Shown: positions 1 through 16,349 of the stretch, in pieces
How the letters are laid out: every line of letters begins with the position of its first letter
How positions within the stretch are numbered: the stretch's first letter is position 1
DNA from: the human T2T-CHM13v2.0 reference genome, Homo sapiens
Strand: one strand, 5' to 3'
Assembly (NCBI RefSeq): GCF_009914755.1
Contig: NC_060932.1
Length of the DNA stretch: 64,000 nucleotides
The notes under the pieces: model-generated
Told to the model about the DNA's origin: nothing
Database searches by the model: none
Seen by the model: only the letters and a program-made list of their open reading frames with translations
Program-made: the position numbers and the translations under genes

Positions 1-1436
1 ATATTTATGATTTGCAATACGTAGCTATCAAGGAAATTCAAGAGGCAGATACACACCAGTAATACATCTCAAAAGAAGTTATGTCTGTTTTCTCCAGCCA
101 AAAATTCAAAAATATAATTTCAAACTGAAATGTCAGTAGTAGGAAAATTTGTCCATTTTCTTTCCAGGTCTCATGAAAAACTGTTAGCCCCTTGTACTAC
201 AGTTAATAGGTTTTACTCTGTGTGTTATGTAAAGCCTGTCTATATGCCAACATGAAAAAGGCCTTTAAAGGGACGTCAGAGCTTCAGAAACTGCTTGTCA
301 AAAGGATTTCAGTTTTCTTTCTTTGGCCTTCCTAACCACTTTCAAAGGCTTATTTCATTCACAGTACTTTCCATATTATTAATGCATATAGCTTGCAACT
401 GTAATTCAGGGTGGGCCACATGGTTACAAAATTATAGACAGAGTTGATTAGGTATAAAAATACAAGGCACCGCTCTACAGATTTTACAGTACATTAATAT
501 TTTACTACTGGCAATGCTTAGTGATATGGAGGAAAAGAAGTCAATAATTTGCTAAAAGACTTTTTTTTTAAAACCATCTATCAATGTTGCCTTGAAATTT
601 GACTTAAATTTTTGCAAGTTTATTATAACTACAGGTAGACTGAAATGTGTGTGTGTTTTTGTTGTTGTTCTTTAATTTTTTTTTTCCACCAGCAACCTAA
701 ATAGAAATGGCATGTTAGAAAGTACTAAGAGTCCTGGATTCTGGTTTTGACTCCGATCTCTGACTTTGGTCTTCTATGCATTAGGGTAAGATGCATAACT
801 CTCATGTCTTACTTCCCCATCCGTACCATGGGGAAAGGATATCTGAATGCCTCTTTCAGTTCAGGCACAAAGTTGTAGTAAAAATGGGGGAACTGACAAG
901 TTTCCAACTCTGCTTATACCTATTAGAAAATTCACAAGGAGCACCTATTTTATTTATAGATATTTGAAAGATGAACAATACCACCTGATTCATTAGGGAA
1001 TATTGTTTTGTAAAGTGAGTTTTTGCTCTCATAAATAATACGCTTCAAAACCAAGTACAGCTCTTCCACCTGAATCCATGCCTGATTATCTAATGAGCCT
1101 TTGACAATGTAAGAGTGTCCCTGACAGTACCTTCCTGAATAACCTCATCAAGTTATTTGCTGAGCATTCAAAAGACTTCCCAAATCACTGATTACGTAGA
1201 ATGAATTCATTTAATAAATAACTATTTTCCACCTCCAAAAGCTAGGCGCTATGCTAGGCATTGGAAATGGAGTAGTGAATAAGAGAGTGTATAAGAAAGC
1301 CAACTGTAACTTGTTCAAACTTTAAGCTCAAAACTATATTTTACTATTTATACCTCACAAGATTCCTGAAATATTGGTAAAGGAAAAAAGTAGTGACAAT
1401 GTTGTCTGTTTACACTGTTGTGCAATATTCATTGTA

Positions 1437-1721
1437 CAGATCTACAATCCCTAATCCACAGTTCTAAAACCCAGAGAGCTTGAAAGAAGAACGTTGTTTA
1501 TTGATTTTGGTACAAACTTATTTGGCAGACAATATGATATCAACGATGTGAGAATATTTTAGAGACTATACCAGTTGTTAATAATACTTATAAGTTTCAT
1601 TGAAAGAATATTAATGGGTTTGATTATGAGTTATTTCCCTAGATCCTATGAGATTATTATGGAAGATATATTTTAAAACTGGCTGGCCTTCAGAGTTTTA
1701 GATAATATATCTTCAGACCTG
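1437..1721. mobile_element. Old Tigger-family (TcMar) MITE-like fossil
   Basis: Degenerate termini CAGATCTACAATCCC...CTTCAGACCTG preceded by TA; family assigned by resemblance only. Confidence 0.45.
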
Positions 1722-2720
1722 TGATGATATTTTAATAACTAATTTTTTAAAACTTAAAAAGTCTTACTTGGATACATTGGCTAATCATAACTTCAGTGTC
1801 CCTATTTCAAATTTGAATGCTGATGGCAATGGCATTATTTTGAACAAAGTTGAGGACTGTATTTCCTGCTTCTAAAATTCTTCAAAGGATCACTGCCATT
1901 TTTTTTTGTCTTTCGTGTTTTAAAAATAAACAAGAGAAATACAACTACTTTGAAAACAAGAAATTTAGGTTCCTAGTCTTTCATCTGAGGCCTTAGGTAT
2001 GTAATTTACTGTTGGACTGAGTGTTATGTCTAAAGCCAGTCCCTGTCAGGAAGATTGATTAGAAGTCTTCCCAACAGGCAATATGGGGACTGAAGGAATT
2101 TGTTAAATATGCAACCCTCATAGGAAAGTCACACCCTCTTCTGGCAAATATTATCTAAATATATAGCTATAGGAGGGTGTATTTTAATTTTTTAAAGGTT
2201 CCAGCCAGACTCATCCATGATTGGAAACGCGAGAAAACACCCTAACGTTATACATTCTAGCATTTAAAACACTGTAAGTGATCATATTTATTATATATCC
2301 TGTAGACAGATTTCTCTCAATCTCTAACATTTGAGGATATGGCTCTGTAGTGACAATTTCATTGAAAGAAAAGACATTCCTAGGGCAAAATCTGCTTTTC
2401 CACTGTAGGTTTTAGTTCTACCTCTGCACATGCACAGAATGGGCTCCTTCACGTGGCAGATTTTAAAATATTCGATGTCACCTGTAATATCCCTTTTATT
2501 GATCTCTATTGGAAAGTCCTTATAACTTTGGTAAGAGTTTTCATAAACTCAATTAGGGAAAATGTTTTATGATTTCAGTTTAAATTTAAGTTATCTGTAA
2601 GAAAAACTATTTTTTTTGGTTGAACCAGGATATTAACTATATTGATCCTCAGTATATAATTTGCCAAGGATCTTTTCTATGTACAGATTCATGCTGCTTA
2701 AACATTCTATTAAGAATGGA

Positions 2721-3043
<323 letters not shown>

Positions 3044-3130
3044 TCAAAAGAATGGGACTTGGGATGCAGGACCTCCCCATCAACCCAGCCTTCCAACCTG
3101 CAAATGAAAATCAATTATGACAAAGTTCAT

Positions 3131-3171
3131 AATTCAGTTTGTTAAAGAATTACAATTCAGTTTGTTAAAGA
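3131..3171. repeat. Tandem duplication, period 23
   Basis: AATTCAGTTTGTTAAAGA at 3131 and 3154. Confidence 0.9.
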
Positions 3172-3294
3172 TTGAAGGAGGCCTTAATAGTTATACTTAA
3201 TTTTTCAAAGAATAAATTTTACTAAAAAATGTGTCACTGAGTTGAAGAAATTTGAGGAATTTGGATAATGGAATTACCTGGAGTTAGACAAACT

Positions 3295-3962
3295 GTGAGC
3301 TTAAGGGCACACTACTCCAGATTGCCAGGTCCTGCCCAAGACTTTTGACACCAACGGCGAGGAGTCAGGGTCCAACTAGAGTCAGAGGGAAGAGTCCACA
3401 CAAGGACACCCTCACTCTGACACCAACTGCAAGTTTGAGAGATTCCTGAAATTCAGACTTGATAATTTCCTGGAATGACCCAAAGAACTCACTGAAAACT
3501 ATTATGCTCATCGATATGTTTTATTACAGGGAAAGGGTACAGATAAAATATCAGCAAAAGGGACAGACACATTGGACTAAGTGTGAGAAGCTTCCATTGT
3601 CCTCAGGATGTATTACTACACTAGTATCAATGTTTGATGACATCCATGGGCTACTGCCAACTATGGGTGCTCATCTGAGTTTCAGTGTCCAGAGTTTTTA
3701 TTGAGTATTCATTATGTAGGCAGGATTGATTGACTGGTTGCCCACATGGGTGGGCTCAGCGTCTAGGTCTACTTATACCATGTGAATCACTTTAAATCAC
3801 ATGGTTGGTATTTCTGGTGTGGCCAGTCCCTACCCTATGATCCAGTGTCATCAGCCCCTTCCCTAAACAAACAGACTGTATCAAGTATGACATAGGTTAA
3901 CTCCACATATCAGAGGGCAAAAGCTAGGCTTCCTTTAGGGCATGGCCAATTCTTTATAACAT
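3295..3962 (-). mobile_element. Solo LTR (MER21/MER77-like)
   Basis: Motifs GACACCAACTGCAAGTT, GAACTCACTGAAA and TTATTACAGGGAAAGGGTACAGAT are typical of this LTR group. Confidence 0.6.
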
Positions 3963-5277
3963 AACAAATACTTATTTCAAGAGTAAATATTACTACTACA
4001 GATTAAAGGAATAAATGAAACTAATTACACAGTTGGAAATTCATAACATTCATTGACTTTTAAGAAGAGAAAAAGCAAAGTAGAAAACAACTTCATTGTC
4101 TATTGTGAACACCCGGCTCTCATCTGACACCTATCAAAGAAAATACAAGTATAATATTATGAAAATTAATTTTGTAAGTATGTAAGAAAAGCCAAAAGAA
4201 GTATAAAAGCCTGTATGTAAACAAAATTATGGCTAAACTTGCAAAAATTTTTATATGTTGATAAAACTATATGATCACTATTTTGTTCCCATTCTATGAA
4301 TGATACATATGTAGATTTTTTTACACTGAGTTATTTGCCTAAACTGCCATAATTATAGCAAAATAAATTTTCCTATATTATGATAAAACCATTTTTTTCC
4401 TTAGAAATAAGTGATAAGTTGAAATAAGTGATATATGTATAAGGAATTATTTTTAGAAAATCTAACATATAGATTCAAATTTTATGTACATGTTCTAAAT
4501 TTCATATATTCAAATTCTATGTACGTTCTAAAAAGAATATAAGAATTTTTTTATATTATGAAAAACAGAATTATTTAAATAAAAGCCAAAGAGATTGGGG
4601 AAAATGGGAAACATTTTAAAATTTTTACTAAAATTTTATTTCCCAGCCTTGATTAAAATTTGTCATATTTTTCAGGTCCCATATCACTTCTGATAATTAT
4701 TTTTAAACTTTACAGTCTAGAACCTTTTGGTTTTTAAGACAGCTGAAGTCTCTAATATAATATATAGTGACTTAATACAATTTAAAACTATAAAAGTGAC
4801 ATAAAAGTATCATACATTTCAAAAAATTCGTCCTAAAATGTATACCAATGATGACAATGTCTAACATCAGTTCAGCTATTTTGAAACATTTAAAATGCTT
4901 TAAATATCTTGCCTCATGATGAGATGGGTAGCACAACTATTATTATTTTCCTTATTTGACTAGAAATTTATAGTCCAATAACTGAAATTCTCATCAAGGT
5001 AAAACAGTCTGGATCTAAAAGCCACGTATCCTGACTTTTAGTCCAGATTTTTTCCCCTGTAATATGTTGTTTCTCTTATTTAAAAAAACAAAAAACAAAA
5101 AACAGGGATACCTCATTAGTTAAAGTATCTCTTCCTCAGAAAAGCATTTCCCGATTTTAATGACCATGTTTTAAAAATGAAAATGAAACAATTTATATGC
5201 TCTTGTTATACCTCCTGCCTTCTTTACTTTGCATTTTATATAGGTAGAATTTTATTTGTCTTCTGATTAGTTGATTA

Positions 5278-6533
<1,256 letters not shown>

Positions 6534-7471
6534 AAAGATTCTCATTATACAGATGAAAAAACTCAGGCTCAACAGTGGAGTCATACAGGTGTCCTAAACC
6601 TAGGCTTTTCTGCTTTTACCATAAGGTAGTATATTTTCTTAAACACCACAGGTCCTCAATACAGATTCATAAAATAAATAGATACATTGAATATGACTAT
6701 ACATCAGAAACTACGTTCCTCCACATACTAATTATAATGTTACATGAAAAAGTTTCAGGAATCAATAAACTTCAGCATTTCTAATAGTAACTGCAAATGC
6801 AGCTGCTTGGAAAAGGCTATCTCTATTCAAGAGATTTCAGGATTATGAATAAGGAGGTTTATGTGTCAATGGCACATGAATGGCCAGCTCTTATATCAGC
6901 TCCTTTGGGCTTCAGCTCAAGGATATCAAGTCTTTGCCTAATGACCTGACCAGTTAACTGCTACAAATAACTACACTTCACTGGTAAGCACCGCAGCCCA
7001 AAGAATGCAGAGACTCAGCAACCACTCTAGGTGAGGGGCAAAGAGCCTTGGTTTAACAATAGCTCCATTTAATTCTCCATAAAAATGCTTGCTGCCCTTT
7101 GATTGGACAGATTAAGAATATGATGTACCATTCTTTTGAGTCAAGTTTCAGTAAATAATATTTGTACAAAGAAAAGGAAAACATTATAGCTTCTTTTTAC
7201 AGAAGTCCCTATATTCTAGTATTTCTCATCCAGTTCCAGATAGGACATATCCCTGCTATCTGGCTGTCTCTGATTCTCTTCATAATTTGAACTCCCTCTG
7301 ACATTTGAAGATGAGCCTCATTAAAAACATCCAGTCTTGGCTTCCTGTGATTCAGTGTCTAGTCACTCATTCATAGTGTTACAATTCTTAGAGCTGCTCT
7401 TTTGTCCTTATGAGAAAAGACTGAAACTGTTTTTCTTCTGCTCTCATATCAACACAACAGTCAACATGGAC

Positions 7472-8200
7472 TGTGTTTTCTGTGACCCCAAAATATGTGG
7501 AGCTTTGTCCCTACCAGCAAGTGTGTGATCAATTCTGCAGTGGATATCAGCTGAGTGTCCTTCAATCCAAGGTTGGGGACTAAGTCCCCAAAACTGCCTC
7601 CCTCCCTCTTCAGACAAGCAGTGGCAACTCTGGACCCACAGAACTTCTGACCAACTGGCCTCAAGTTAGGTCTCAACTATCCGATCCCCTTTGGGTTTGA
7701 TTAATTTACAGATGTGTCACACAGAACTCAGAGAAACACATACATTTACCAGTTTATTACAAAGGATATGACAAAGATGAGGAGTGCACAGACTGAGGTA
7801 TGGGGGGAGTGGGGCAGAGCTTCTATTTCCTCCCTGGGCATGCCACCCTTCAGGAACCTCCATGTGTTCTGCTATTTAGAAGCTCTCCAAACCCTGTCCA
7901 TTTTGGTTTTTATGGTGGCTTCATTATGTAAGCATGATTGATTCAACCACTGGCCATGAAATTAACCTTCAGTCCCTCTCCCCTCCCCTGAGGTTAAGGA
8001 GTGGGGTTGAAAGTCTTAACCCTCTACTCTTGTCTCCCTCTTTCCAGTGGCCAGCCCCCATCCTGAAACTACCTAGGTAGGGGCTGCCAGCTGTCAGTCA
8101 ACTCATTCGCATAAAAAAAGATATCACTTTGAAGACTCCAAGGCGTTTAAAAATTGTATGTCAGGGTCCAAGACCAAATATATATTTTATAATACCACAG
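7472..8200 (-). mobile_element. Solo LTR (MER34/MER39/MER21 group)
   Basis: CAGAACTCAGAGAAACAC..TTTACCAGTTTATTACAAAGGATAT, CAGGAACCTCCATGTGTTC..GAAGCTCTCCAAACCCTGTCC, ending AATACCACA. Confidence 0.65.
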
Positions 8201-9774
8201 TCCACTTGCCCAAATCTCTTTTTTGCTAGTTGTCTTCACTCTTGCCTTTTGGGAATGGGACTCTTCTTACCAGTTCCACCCCCAGTAACTGTCTTTTGCT
8301 CAACACTTCTCATTAGCTCGGTCCCCTACATTCTGTTCCCACCAAGTCATTCTTAGTCTATTCTGTTGGCCAGTTAACCTGGCCAGTGGAATAAAGCTTC
8401 AAGTTCCCAACATGGCATATAATATTCTTTATGAAGCAGCTCTGTTTGAGACTTTCCATCTTCATTTCTCAATCTCCTTGCCTTGATTTCTATAGTAAGC
8501 TACATTCCTTTCCCAGTGCACCATATCCCTTCGTACCTCCAGTCCTGGCTAACTTTACACCCGCACATGCAGATTATATCCCTTCACAAAAACTCTTTCC
8601 CGATATATGTGGTCCTCCTAAGTGCTCCCACTGTACTTTGTACATTCGTGTATTACAGAACATAACAATGCATTGTGATGATCTAGTTACTGGTACTTTG
8701 CTAAACTATTTTCTTCCTGAGGGAAAGAATAAGAGTGGCTTGGTCATCATTTTATTCCTAATGTCTAGCTACTACTTGGTAGCTGGATAAAACTTCCTTA
8801 ATTTAAAGAATAAAAGCGAATGAATAAAAGATTACAGTAGTTATAAGCTTCCTGAGAGTAAGGAACGTTGTCATAGACTCCTTTGCAATCACTTTCAGGT
8901 CAGTATAGTGCTTTGCACAATACTAATAGTAGTAGTAATAATAACACAACCATCATCAACTTCTACAACCATAACTTCAGTTGCTGAATTTCCTTGAGAT
9001 CTGTTTTGTCCCAGGCTCTGTGCTAACTGCCTTTTATGGCTAATAATTTATTAGTGTTTGTTGAGCTGACAAACTTTGCTATATGACAGCTCTCACATGA
9101 TATAATTTAACAAAACTCTCTGAATTAATTGCCAAATACCTTGTCACTCTGCATGATTTTAAAGTATTTCTATAATGAACAGAATCAATTCTCACCATAG
9201 TACCTACAAAACAGCAAAACTGTTACATAAACAAAATAAGTGGTTAGCTTGATTTACATAAGGCTATTTCCACTTGAGATTAATGCACAGTGGGCACAGA
9301 TTCTTACCTAATTGGACACCTTTGCTAGCCAGGTTAAATTATATTATTGAAACTTGTCATCATAATATTGTCCAAGGACATTTAGTCAGTCTAAAGAAAA
9401 ATTCCAATGAATATTTTAAAAGGTTTTGCCTATTTTATTTTAAAAATTAGTATGGCTTCACCATCACTTAATATATTACAGTCTTCACATTTATAAAGCT
9501 TCTTTTATATCACTGTATTTTGAGCTACTAAACATATATATAACATTATTACAATAGTACATACTTTAAAAATCTACTCACAGTTCCTTCACTCCAAGAT
9601 TTGTCTATCTTTTCTATGCCTTGTCAATGCATGTATTTTAATAATAAAATTCATGACATAAAATCTAATATTTTAATATTTTGTTTATACATGATAATCA
9701 TGTCTCATTGTTTCATATATTCTTCATAATTAATGTTTCAAATGATTTTCATTCTATTCCATTGAGTTGGTGTA

Positions 9775-10530
9775 CAGCCAGTGCATAATAATGCTTCAGT
9801 TAATGATGTACCACCTACAAGACAGGTGGTTATAATGAGGCTAAAAAATTCCAATTGCCTAGTGATGATGTAGCCATCATAACGTCATAGTGCAATGCAT
9901 TACTCATGTGTTTATGGTGATGCTGGTGTCAACAAACCTATTGCGCTGCCAGTCATGTAAAATTATAGCACATACAATGAAATGCAGTACGTAACACTTG
10001 ATAATAATAAATATGTTAATAATTTTTATATACCTACCATATTACACGTTTTATCATTATTTCAGAGTGAACTACTTATAAAAGAAAAAGTTAACTATAA
10101 AACAGCCTCAGAAAGGTCCTTCGGGAGGTATTCCACTGAAGGGGACAAGATGTGGAGGTAGAAGACAGTGATGAGGATAATCCTGACACTATGTAGGCCT
10201 AAGCTAATGTGAGTGTTTGTGTCTTAGTTTTTTAACAAAACAGTTTAAAAAGAAAAAAAAAATCCAAAAAACACACAACATTTTCAATAAAAAAGCTTAT
10301 AGAAGTAAAGAAGTTACAGTAAGCTAAGGTTAATTCATTATTTTAAAAATTATAAATTTAGTGTAGCCTAAGTATAAAATATTTATGAAGTCGACAGTAG
10401 TGTACAGGAATATCCTAGGCCTTCACATTCAGTCATCATTTACTCACTGATGCATCCAAAGGAATTTCCAGTCTGCAGGCTCCACTCATGGCAAGTGCAC
10501 TACATAGGTGTACCATTTTTTATCTTTTAT
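9775..10530. mobile_element. Tigger3/Golem-type DNA transposon fragment
   Basis: GTAGCCATCATAACGTCATAGTGCAATGCATTACTCATGTGTTTATGGTGATGCTGGTG; AAACAGCCTCAG..GGTCCTTC; TAGGCCTAAGCTAATGTG. Confidence 0.75.
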
Positions 10531-11377
10531 CTCATCTTTTTTTTTTTTTACCTTAGCTATCATTAGGCAACTCATGACTATTGTTATTTGCTATACCACT
10601 ACCATATTACTGGATAATCTGGGTTTGCTTGAAAAATTTTTTCCTACTGGCCAAAAAGGTGCAGTAGATATCTTTGTTCATTTTAATTTTTACTTTATTA
10701 ATTTTGTGGATGAATTATCATATATGGGGTTAGTAATTGGAAAACTATGCACATTCTCCTGTTTGTTGTAACGCATAGTATTGCTGTAGTTTAAATTCAA
10801 AATCACCTTTAAAATTGGACTCATTTGCTATTCATACTATCTACGGTTTCTTTAAAATAGACATGTAAACAAACACAATATAATGTTCTGAAACTGCAAA
10901 GTAGTGTAAGAAGCATAGTGATGGAAACAGAAAAATTTGGAACCAAATGTCAAGCAAATAAGTTCTATGGAAAATTGGTTGCCCCACCATCTCCCTGTCA
11001 CTTCTCTCATTCATGGTAGAGGGGAAAAGTGAATACTTAAGAAAACACTTTTCAGATTCTCAAAATCATTCTTGTTTTCAAGGGGAAGAGCCTAATTCTA
11101 GAATATGTAAAAGTGTTTCTATTAATGCCAACAATAGTATTCTAGACAAAAGAAAGATTAAAGACACAGATGCATCATTAAATCTCTGCTATTAAAGACA
11201 AAATTAAAAACAACAAATTTTCCTTGATTAAATGTTCAGTGAAAAATAAAACTGCATGACAAAAAAGAATAAAATATTAAAAATAATCTTTAATTTTATC
11301 ATCCAGAGATAACTGTTCTTAACATTACAGTATTAGTCCTTTGAGAATTTTTTATTTATAAATCTATTTGTATATAT

Positions 11378-11460
11378 GCAAATATATATACACACATGCA
11401 TATATATACGTGTATATATATTTACACGTTATGTATATATATATATATATATATATGTAT
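11378..11460. repeat. (TA)n/(CA)n low-complexity microsatellite
   Basis: Seen directly. Confidence 0.9.
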
Positions 11461-13150
11461 TTATAGTTACAGATTAAAATCACCTAAATTGTAGATTTCA
11501 CTTTCTCTCCTACCTCTGGCTACATACATCACCACCCCAGAGACACTCAGTGTTTTCAGTTTCTTGTATCCCTTTTAGGGATAATTTGTATCTGGGTATG
11601 AGTGTGTATCTGGGTATACATAGGAATCTGGGTATAAGTATGTGTTCCCCAACTTCTCCCTCTTAAATGGCATGGTTTAAAAATTGCTCTGCACCTCGCT
11701 TTAAAAATATGTATCTTGGAGATTCAACCTCATTCTTTAAAAATAGCAACATTGTATTACATTGGCTAGGCTATGTCTAAGGCTAAGTTCCTCTTGCTGG
11801 ACATTTACATTGTTTCCAGTTTTCTGTCAACAAATGCTGAAATGACTGTTTATGTACACAGCCTTTGAGTGCTTTTGAGAGTAAATCTTCAAAAAACCTT
11901 TCCCAGGCAAAGATTCCTGATGATCAAACATTTTTCTGAAAGGTAGTAAAAATGTATACTCACATTAACAGAATGACAGTGCTAGTTCCCCACATTTTCA
12001 CAAATGTAAGATACTATTAACCTTTGACTTTTGTCAGAATAATGAATTTAAAAAAAACTCACTGTATTTTTAATTTGCATATACTTCTATAAGTATGTAT
12101 GAGTTACTTATTATTCCTTAAAATGCATATGAATCTCTTTATCTTCATGTAATTTTTCAACTGGGTGTATTTTCTTTTTTTCATTTATAAGCCCATTATA
12201 ATTTTTAAAAGTAACACTTCCTACATGTGTATTGCTTTTCAAGTTGATTCATAAATATTTTCAGCCATGTAGAAATGTCTATATTAAATGTTATTAAATC
12301 TATCAAGGTATTATGAATAGCTTTTTAATCCTGTACCTTATTTAGAAACAACTCAATTTCAAAGTATATATACACATAATCAAAATACAAAAGATTTTGC
12401 AAGTTTTCTTCTAGTACTTTTATGGTTTAATATTTCCATTTAAATAGTTGATCCACCTTGGAATTTACTTAGATTTTTTTCCCTGACTCTATTCTGTTCA
12501 TTTGTCCCATCTAGCAGTCTCTAAATGTCATCCAATTTTAAATAAATTTGCATAACAGTAAGTTTTAAAATCCAGTAGTACAGTCTTTTGTATTTTTATA
12601 CATTTACATTTTTCTATATAATCTTTAATATTACCTGGTTAAAAACTAAGGTGCTATTTTTATTAGCCATTTTAATTTTATCAAGTCTTCTTATAAATGA
12701 ATATCATAATTTTCATTTACTCAAGTCTGGGGACTTTCAGTGGAATTACTTTTAATTTTTAGAATAATCAGGGGAAAGTAATTTTTTACAATACTGTATA
12801 TTTCATTCAAATACATGGAAATTCTTTTCATTACTTCTCTATTTTTATGCTTAAAATTATGTATTTTGTTATTCTTTAAGGTTTTGAATATTTCATGTTA
12901 TATTTTCTCCTGAGTAGTGGAATCAGACTGAATTTAAGGATGGATACAAAGAGTCAAAATTTTTATTAGAGTGAATCTTTTAATCAAGAATAGGATACAT
13001 CTTTCTATTTATCAAAATCGTATTTTGGTGCTACAATAAAGTTCTAACTTTTATTCATGGAAGTTCTGCACATTTCTTTACAAGTGTAGCCCTAGATGTT
13101 TTATTTTATATTGCTATTGTGTTGAGATTGTTTCTTTTTATATATTTTGG
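11460..13150 (-). mobile_element. Degenerate ancient L1 (L1ME-like) fragments
   Basis: Reverse L1M 3' motifs (GGACATTTACATTGTTTCCAGTTT, TTTTAATTTGCAT, TTTTCTTCTAGTACTTTTATGGTT). Edges approximate. Confidence 0.6.
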
Positions 13151-13667
13151 TATTAATTAGGAGAAATTCATCTGCATTTAACAAAAAACATAAATACGCT
13201 TGTTGAGTAAAACTAAAAACTATTAAGAATAAAAACAAGAAATGCAGAGATAAGCTGTCCATAGCTTGATATATGAAAACTAATTAACTTTAATGTCTCT
13301 CTTTCTCATATGATGTCAAATATAAATATAATAATCCATGTAAAGCATATAGAAAAATCATCTTAGGTACTTAATAGGTGTTATCTATATTATTATTCCA
13401 ATATATGTGGGTGGAATATGAAACTTTTATCAATAATAAAAAATAGGATAAAGCTAGGCTAATATTTTGGACAAAAATTAAAATCCCTGTTTATACCTTA
13501 TACCAAAGTAAATTCTAGATGAAGTATAAAGATTTAAACTGAAAAACATTCCTGAATGCCAGGTGAAAAAATATTAAAAATAATGAAGAATTCTATAGTT
13601 CACTGGTCACACAATTAACACATAAAAATCAGCAACTCTCTTCGTAAAGAAATAAGCTTTAGAAAGT

Positions 13668-13960
13668 GTTGGAGAAACGGCTAGCTATCTAACCAATATC
13701 TACTCCCTCTTTTTTTCCTGCTAATAAATTCTTGATGTTGTCTGAGAGAGCAATTTGCACAATTTAACATTCCTGCTCACCCAGGCATCTTTTCATCTAG
13801 GAGGGTAACATAGCCCAGCCATAGTAAGGACACTAAGCATTTGTCTATTTTCCCTGACAATGGTTACTATATGTTTCAATTTTAACCTTTTTTCTTCTTT
13901 ATGTAATATGGAATATCTGGAGGTGCAGCATCCATCCTGAAAAACTGAGGACTGAAAAAT
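13668..13960 (+). mobile_element. MaLR LTR fragment (old MLT1)
   Basis: GCTAGCTATCTAACCAATATC.., CTGGAGGTGCAGCATCCATCCTG. Confidence 0.45.
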
Positions 13961-16349
13961 CAATTGTGGTATGCAGGGAGTGGTGATTGATAGCGCTGGG
14001 ATTGAAAGTTTGGCATAAGACTTACAATTACTATCCTGTCCATAACACTATTCATAAAACTGTCAATTACTGTCCTTTTACATGTAAGTTAGAATCTTAA
14101 AGTGTAAGGTTTCCATTCCCTAATTCCATTGAAGTTATGATTGGAATAATTTTTGCTTTGTAGAATAATGTGGGAGAGTAATGCTTTTCCAATATTAAGT
14201 TTTTTCCATTCAAGCTTGGTAAATCTCTCCATTTATCAATTCTTTTAGATTTCCATCATTAAAGTTGTCTATTGTAAAGTAAAGTTGTGTGTTGTAAAGT
14301 CTGTTGTTGCTTTTGTTTATAGATACTGTATATTAGATCCACTTAATTGAGAAATGATTATGAAGTGCTAATTGTAAATACTCTTCTAAGCATTGGGAAT
14401 AGAAGAACAAGACAATCAAGAACTTCTCTCATGAAGGTTAAAATGCAGAGAAGACAGAGTTAGAAGTAAAAAGATTGTTTATTAAATATATATTTATTGA
14501 ATGTTATGAATGTGCCAGGTTCTTCTAGTTAAGTGTAATCCAATGAGTTATTCATTTGTGTCAAAAATATTTTCATTTATATAGTCTTTATAGTTATTAG
14601 ATAAGTTACATTTTATTTTTTTCTGTGGTTTAGGGAGTCTTTCTTAACAGTGTTAATAGTTTTAATTTTTTCTGTTGACTTTCATGGACTTTTTCAGGTA
14701 GACTATCACATAATTTGCAAATAATTACAGCTTTCACACTTATTTTATTTTAAAGATTTATACTTGTAAGACCGTCTTGTGAAAGATAAAATAAATAAAT
14801 GCTTTTAAGAGATTGTGAAGACCTGGGTGAATGTTTAAATAACTTCACATAATCCACAAAGCACAATGATAATTACAACGTAGTTAACTAAAAGTTTAAA
14901 AAGGGAATAATACCAAGAATAAAGTCTAATTTTTGCTTTAGAGAAATATAGGAGGTCAACAGTGGCACATTCACAAATGCCAAATTTGAAAGAAAAAATC
15001 AGAAAAGTGTTACTTTTTCAAAGTTCCTAAAATAAAATACTTTCCATGTGCACTATACATCTTGAAACGAAACTTTGCTTATTTATCTTGAATTAATGTA
15101 AAAGCATTTTGAAGTATGAATTGTGAATATAAGCACTTTCTATGCAAAAATGTCAATATAAAAAAGATAAATTATAACATATATAAAACACAGAAAAACA
15201 GACATTTTTAACATGGAAAAGACTTGGATAATATTGCTATGGAGTAAAAGGGTTTTTAAATTGAACCACAATTAATATAATTTCAGAAAACATTTTTGCA
15301 TGATTATAGGGAATTGTCTTGCCTATATTCTAAATTTATACCAAAATAAAATGTACATAATAAAATATATCCTAAATTCCAAAATATGTATATTTTGTAT
15401 ATGCCTTATTTGGAATTTTACCAAAATAAAATGTACATAATAAAATATATCCAAAATTCCAAATAAAGCATATATTAAACATTGCTTTATACCACTGAAA
15501 ATAATTTTATTGAATCCAAAACAAGTATCCAAATATATGCTCAAAATATTTAAACTCACCCAAAAACAAAGTGACTGAGAAGAAAATTGGAAACTCAGGT
15601 AACTGAGTCCATTCTTACTGACTAATACTTGCCTTTAATAACTAAGAAGCCAGGAAATGTCAATTAAAACATTTAAAGATTTCAAGGAGAAATTTTAAAG
15701 CATAATTGCAATTACAAATATTTTAAAAATAAATTAATGTGGACATTAAAATGCAGTATTACATATAATTCCAGTTGCTCCCTAAAATGTGTACTAAAAT
15801 ATTTAAAAGGCTATGATTTTGTACTACAGGAAAACTTTATTTAATTCTCTGCTTTCAATGTCTTGACGATTGCTCCCTTTGGTCTTATGTGAATCTAGAC
15901 CCAATTACAACATGCTATTAATATTATCAGGACACTTCCTGGCAGTATGGAATTAAGCTGTGACTGAAAGTAATTTTCGATTACACTGTGCTGTGTGATT
16001 TCTGTAAGTATTGTTTTGTTTGTAAAACACTTTTCGGACTCTCTGCCAACAAAATAGTTTTTAATCATTCCATTGACTAAAGTGATATGATATGAATAAT
16101 AACAACAAACTGTTTCACTCACCTCCTTTATATCATGAGAATTATGGCCATATACTATAATTTTTATTCAGCTAAATGTTATTTTAAAAATAATTTCAAA
16201 TAGTATCAGAATTTGAGTTAATTAATATGATGAAAAGTTAAAAATGCTAAGTCTGCTTTGCTACATAAAAGCTACCATTTCCTGAGCTTACAATACATCT
16301 GTGATGGAGTTTATTAGCCATTATACAAATGAGGAAAGTAAGATCAGAT

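Noticed and set aside
15339-15474. CRISPR-like repeat-spacer arrangement (also 52253..52326 and 20676..20720)
   Set aside because: Only two copies or short degenerate units are present, with no unique spacers and no cas genes, in primate intron DNA.
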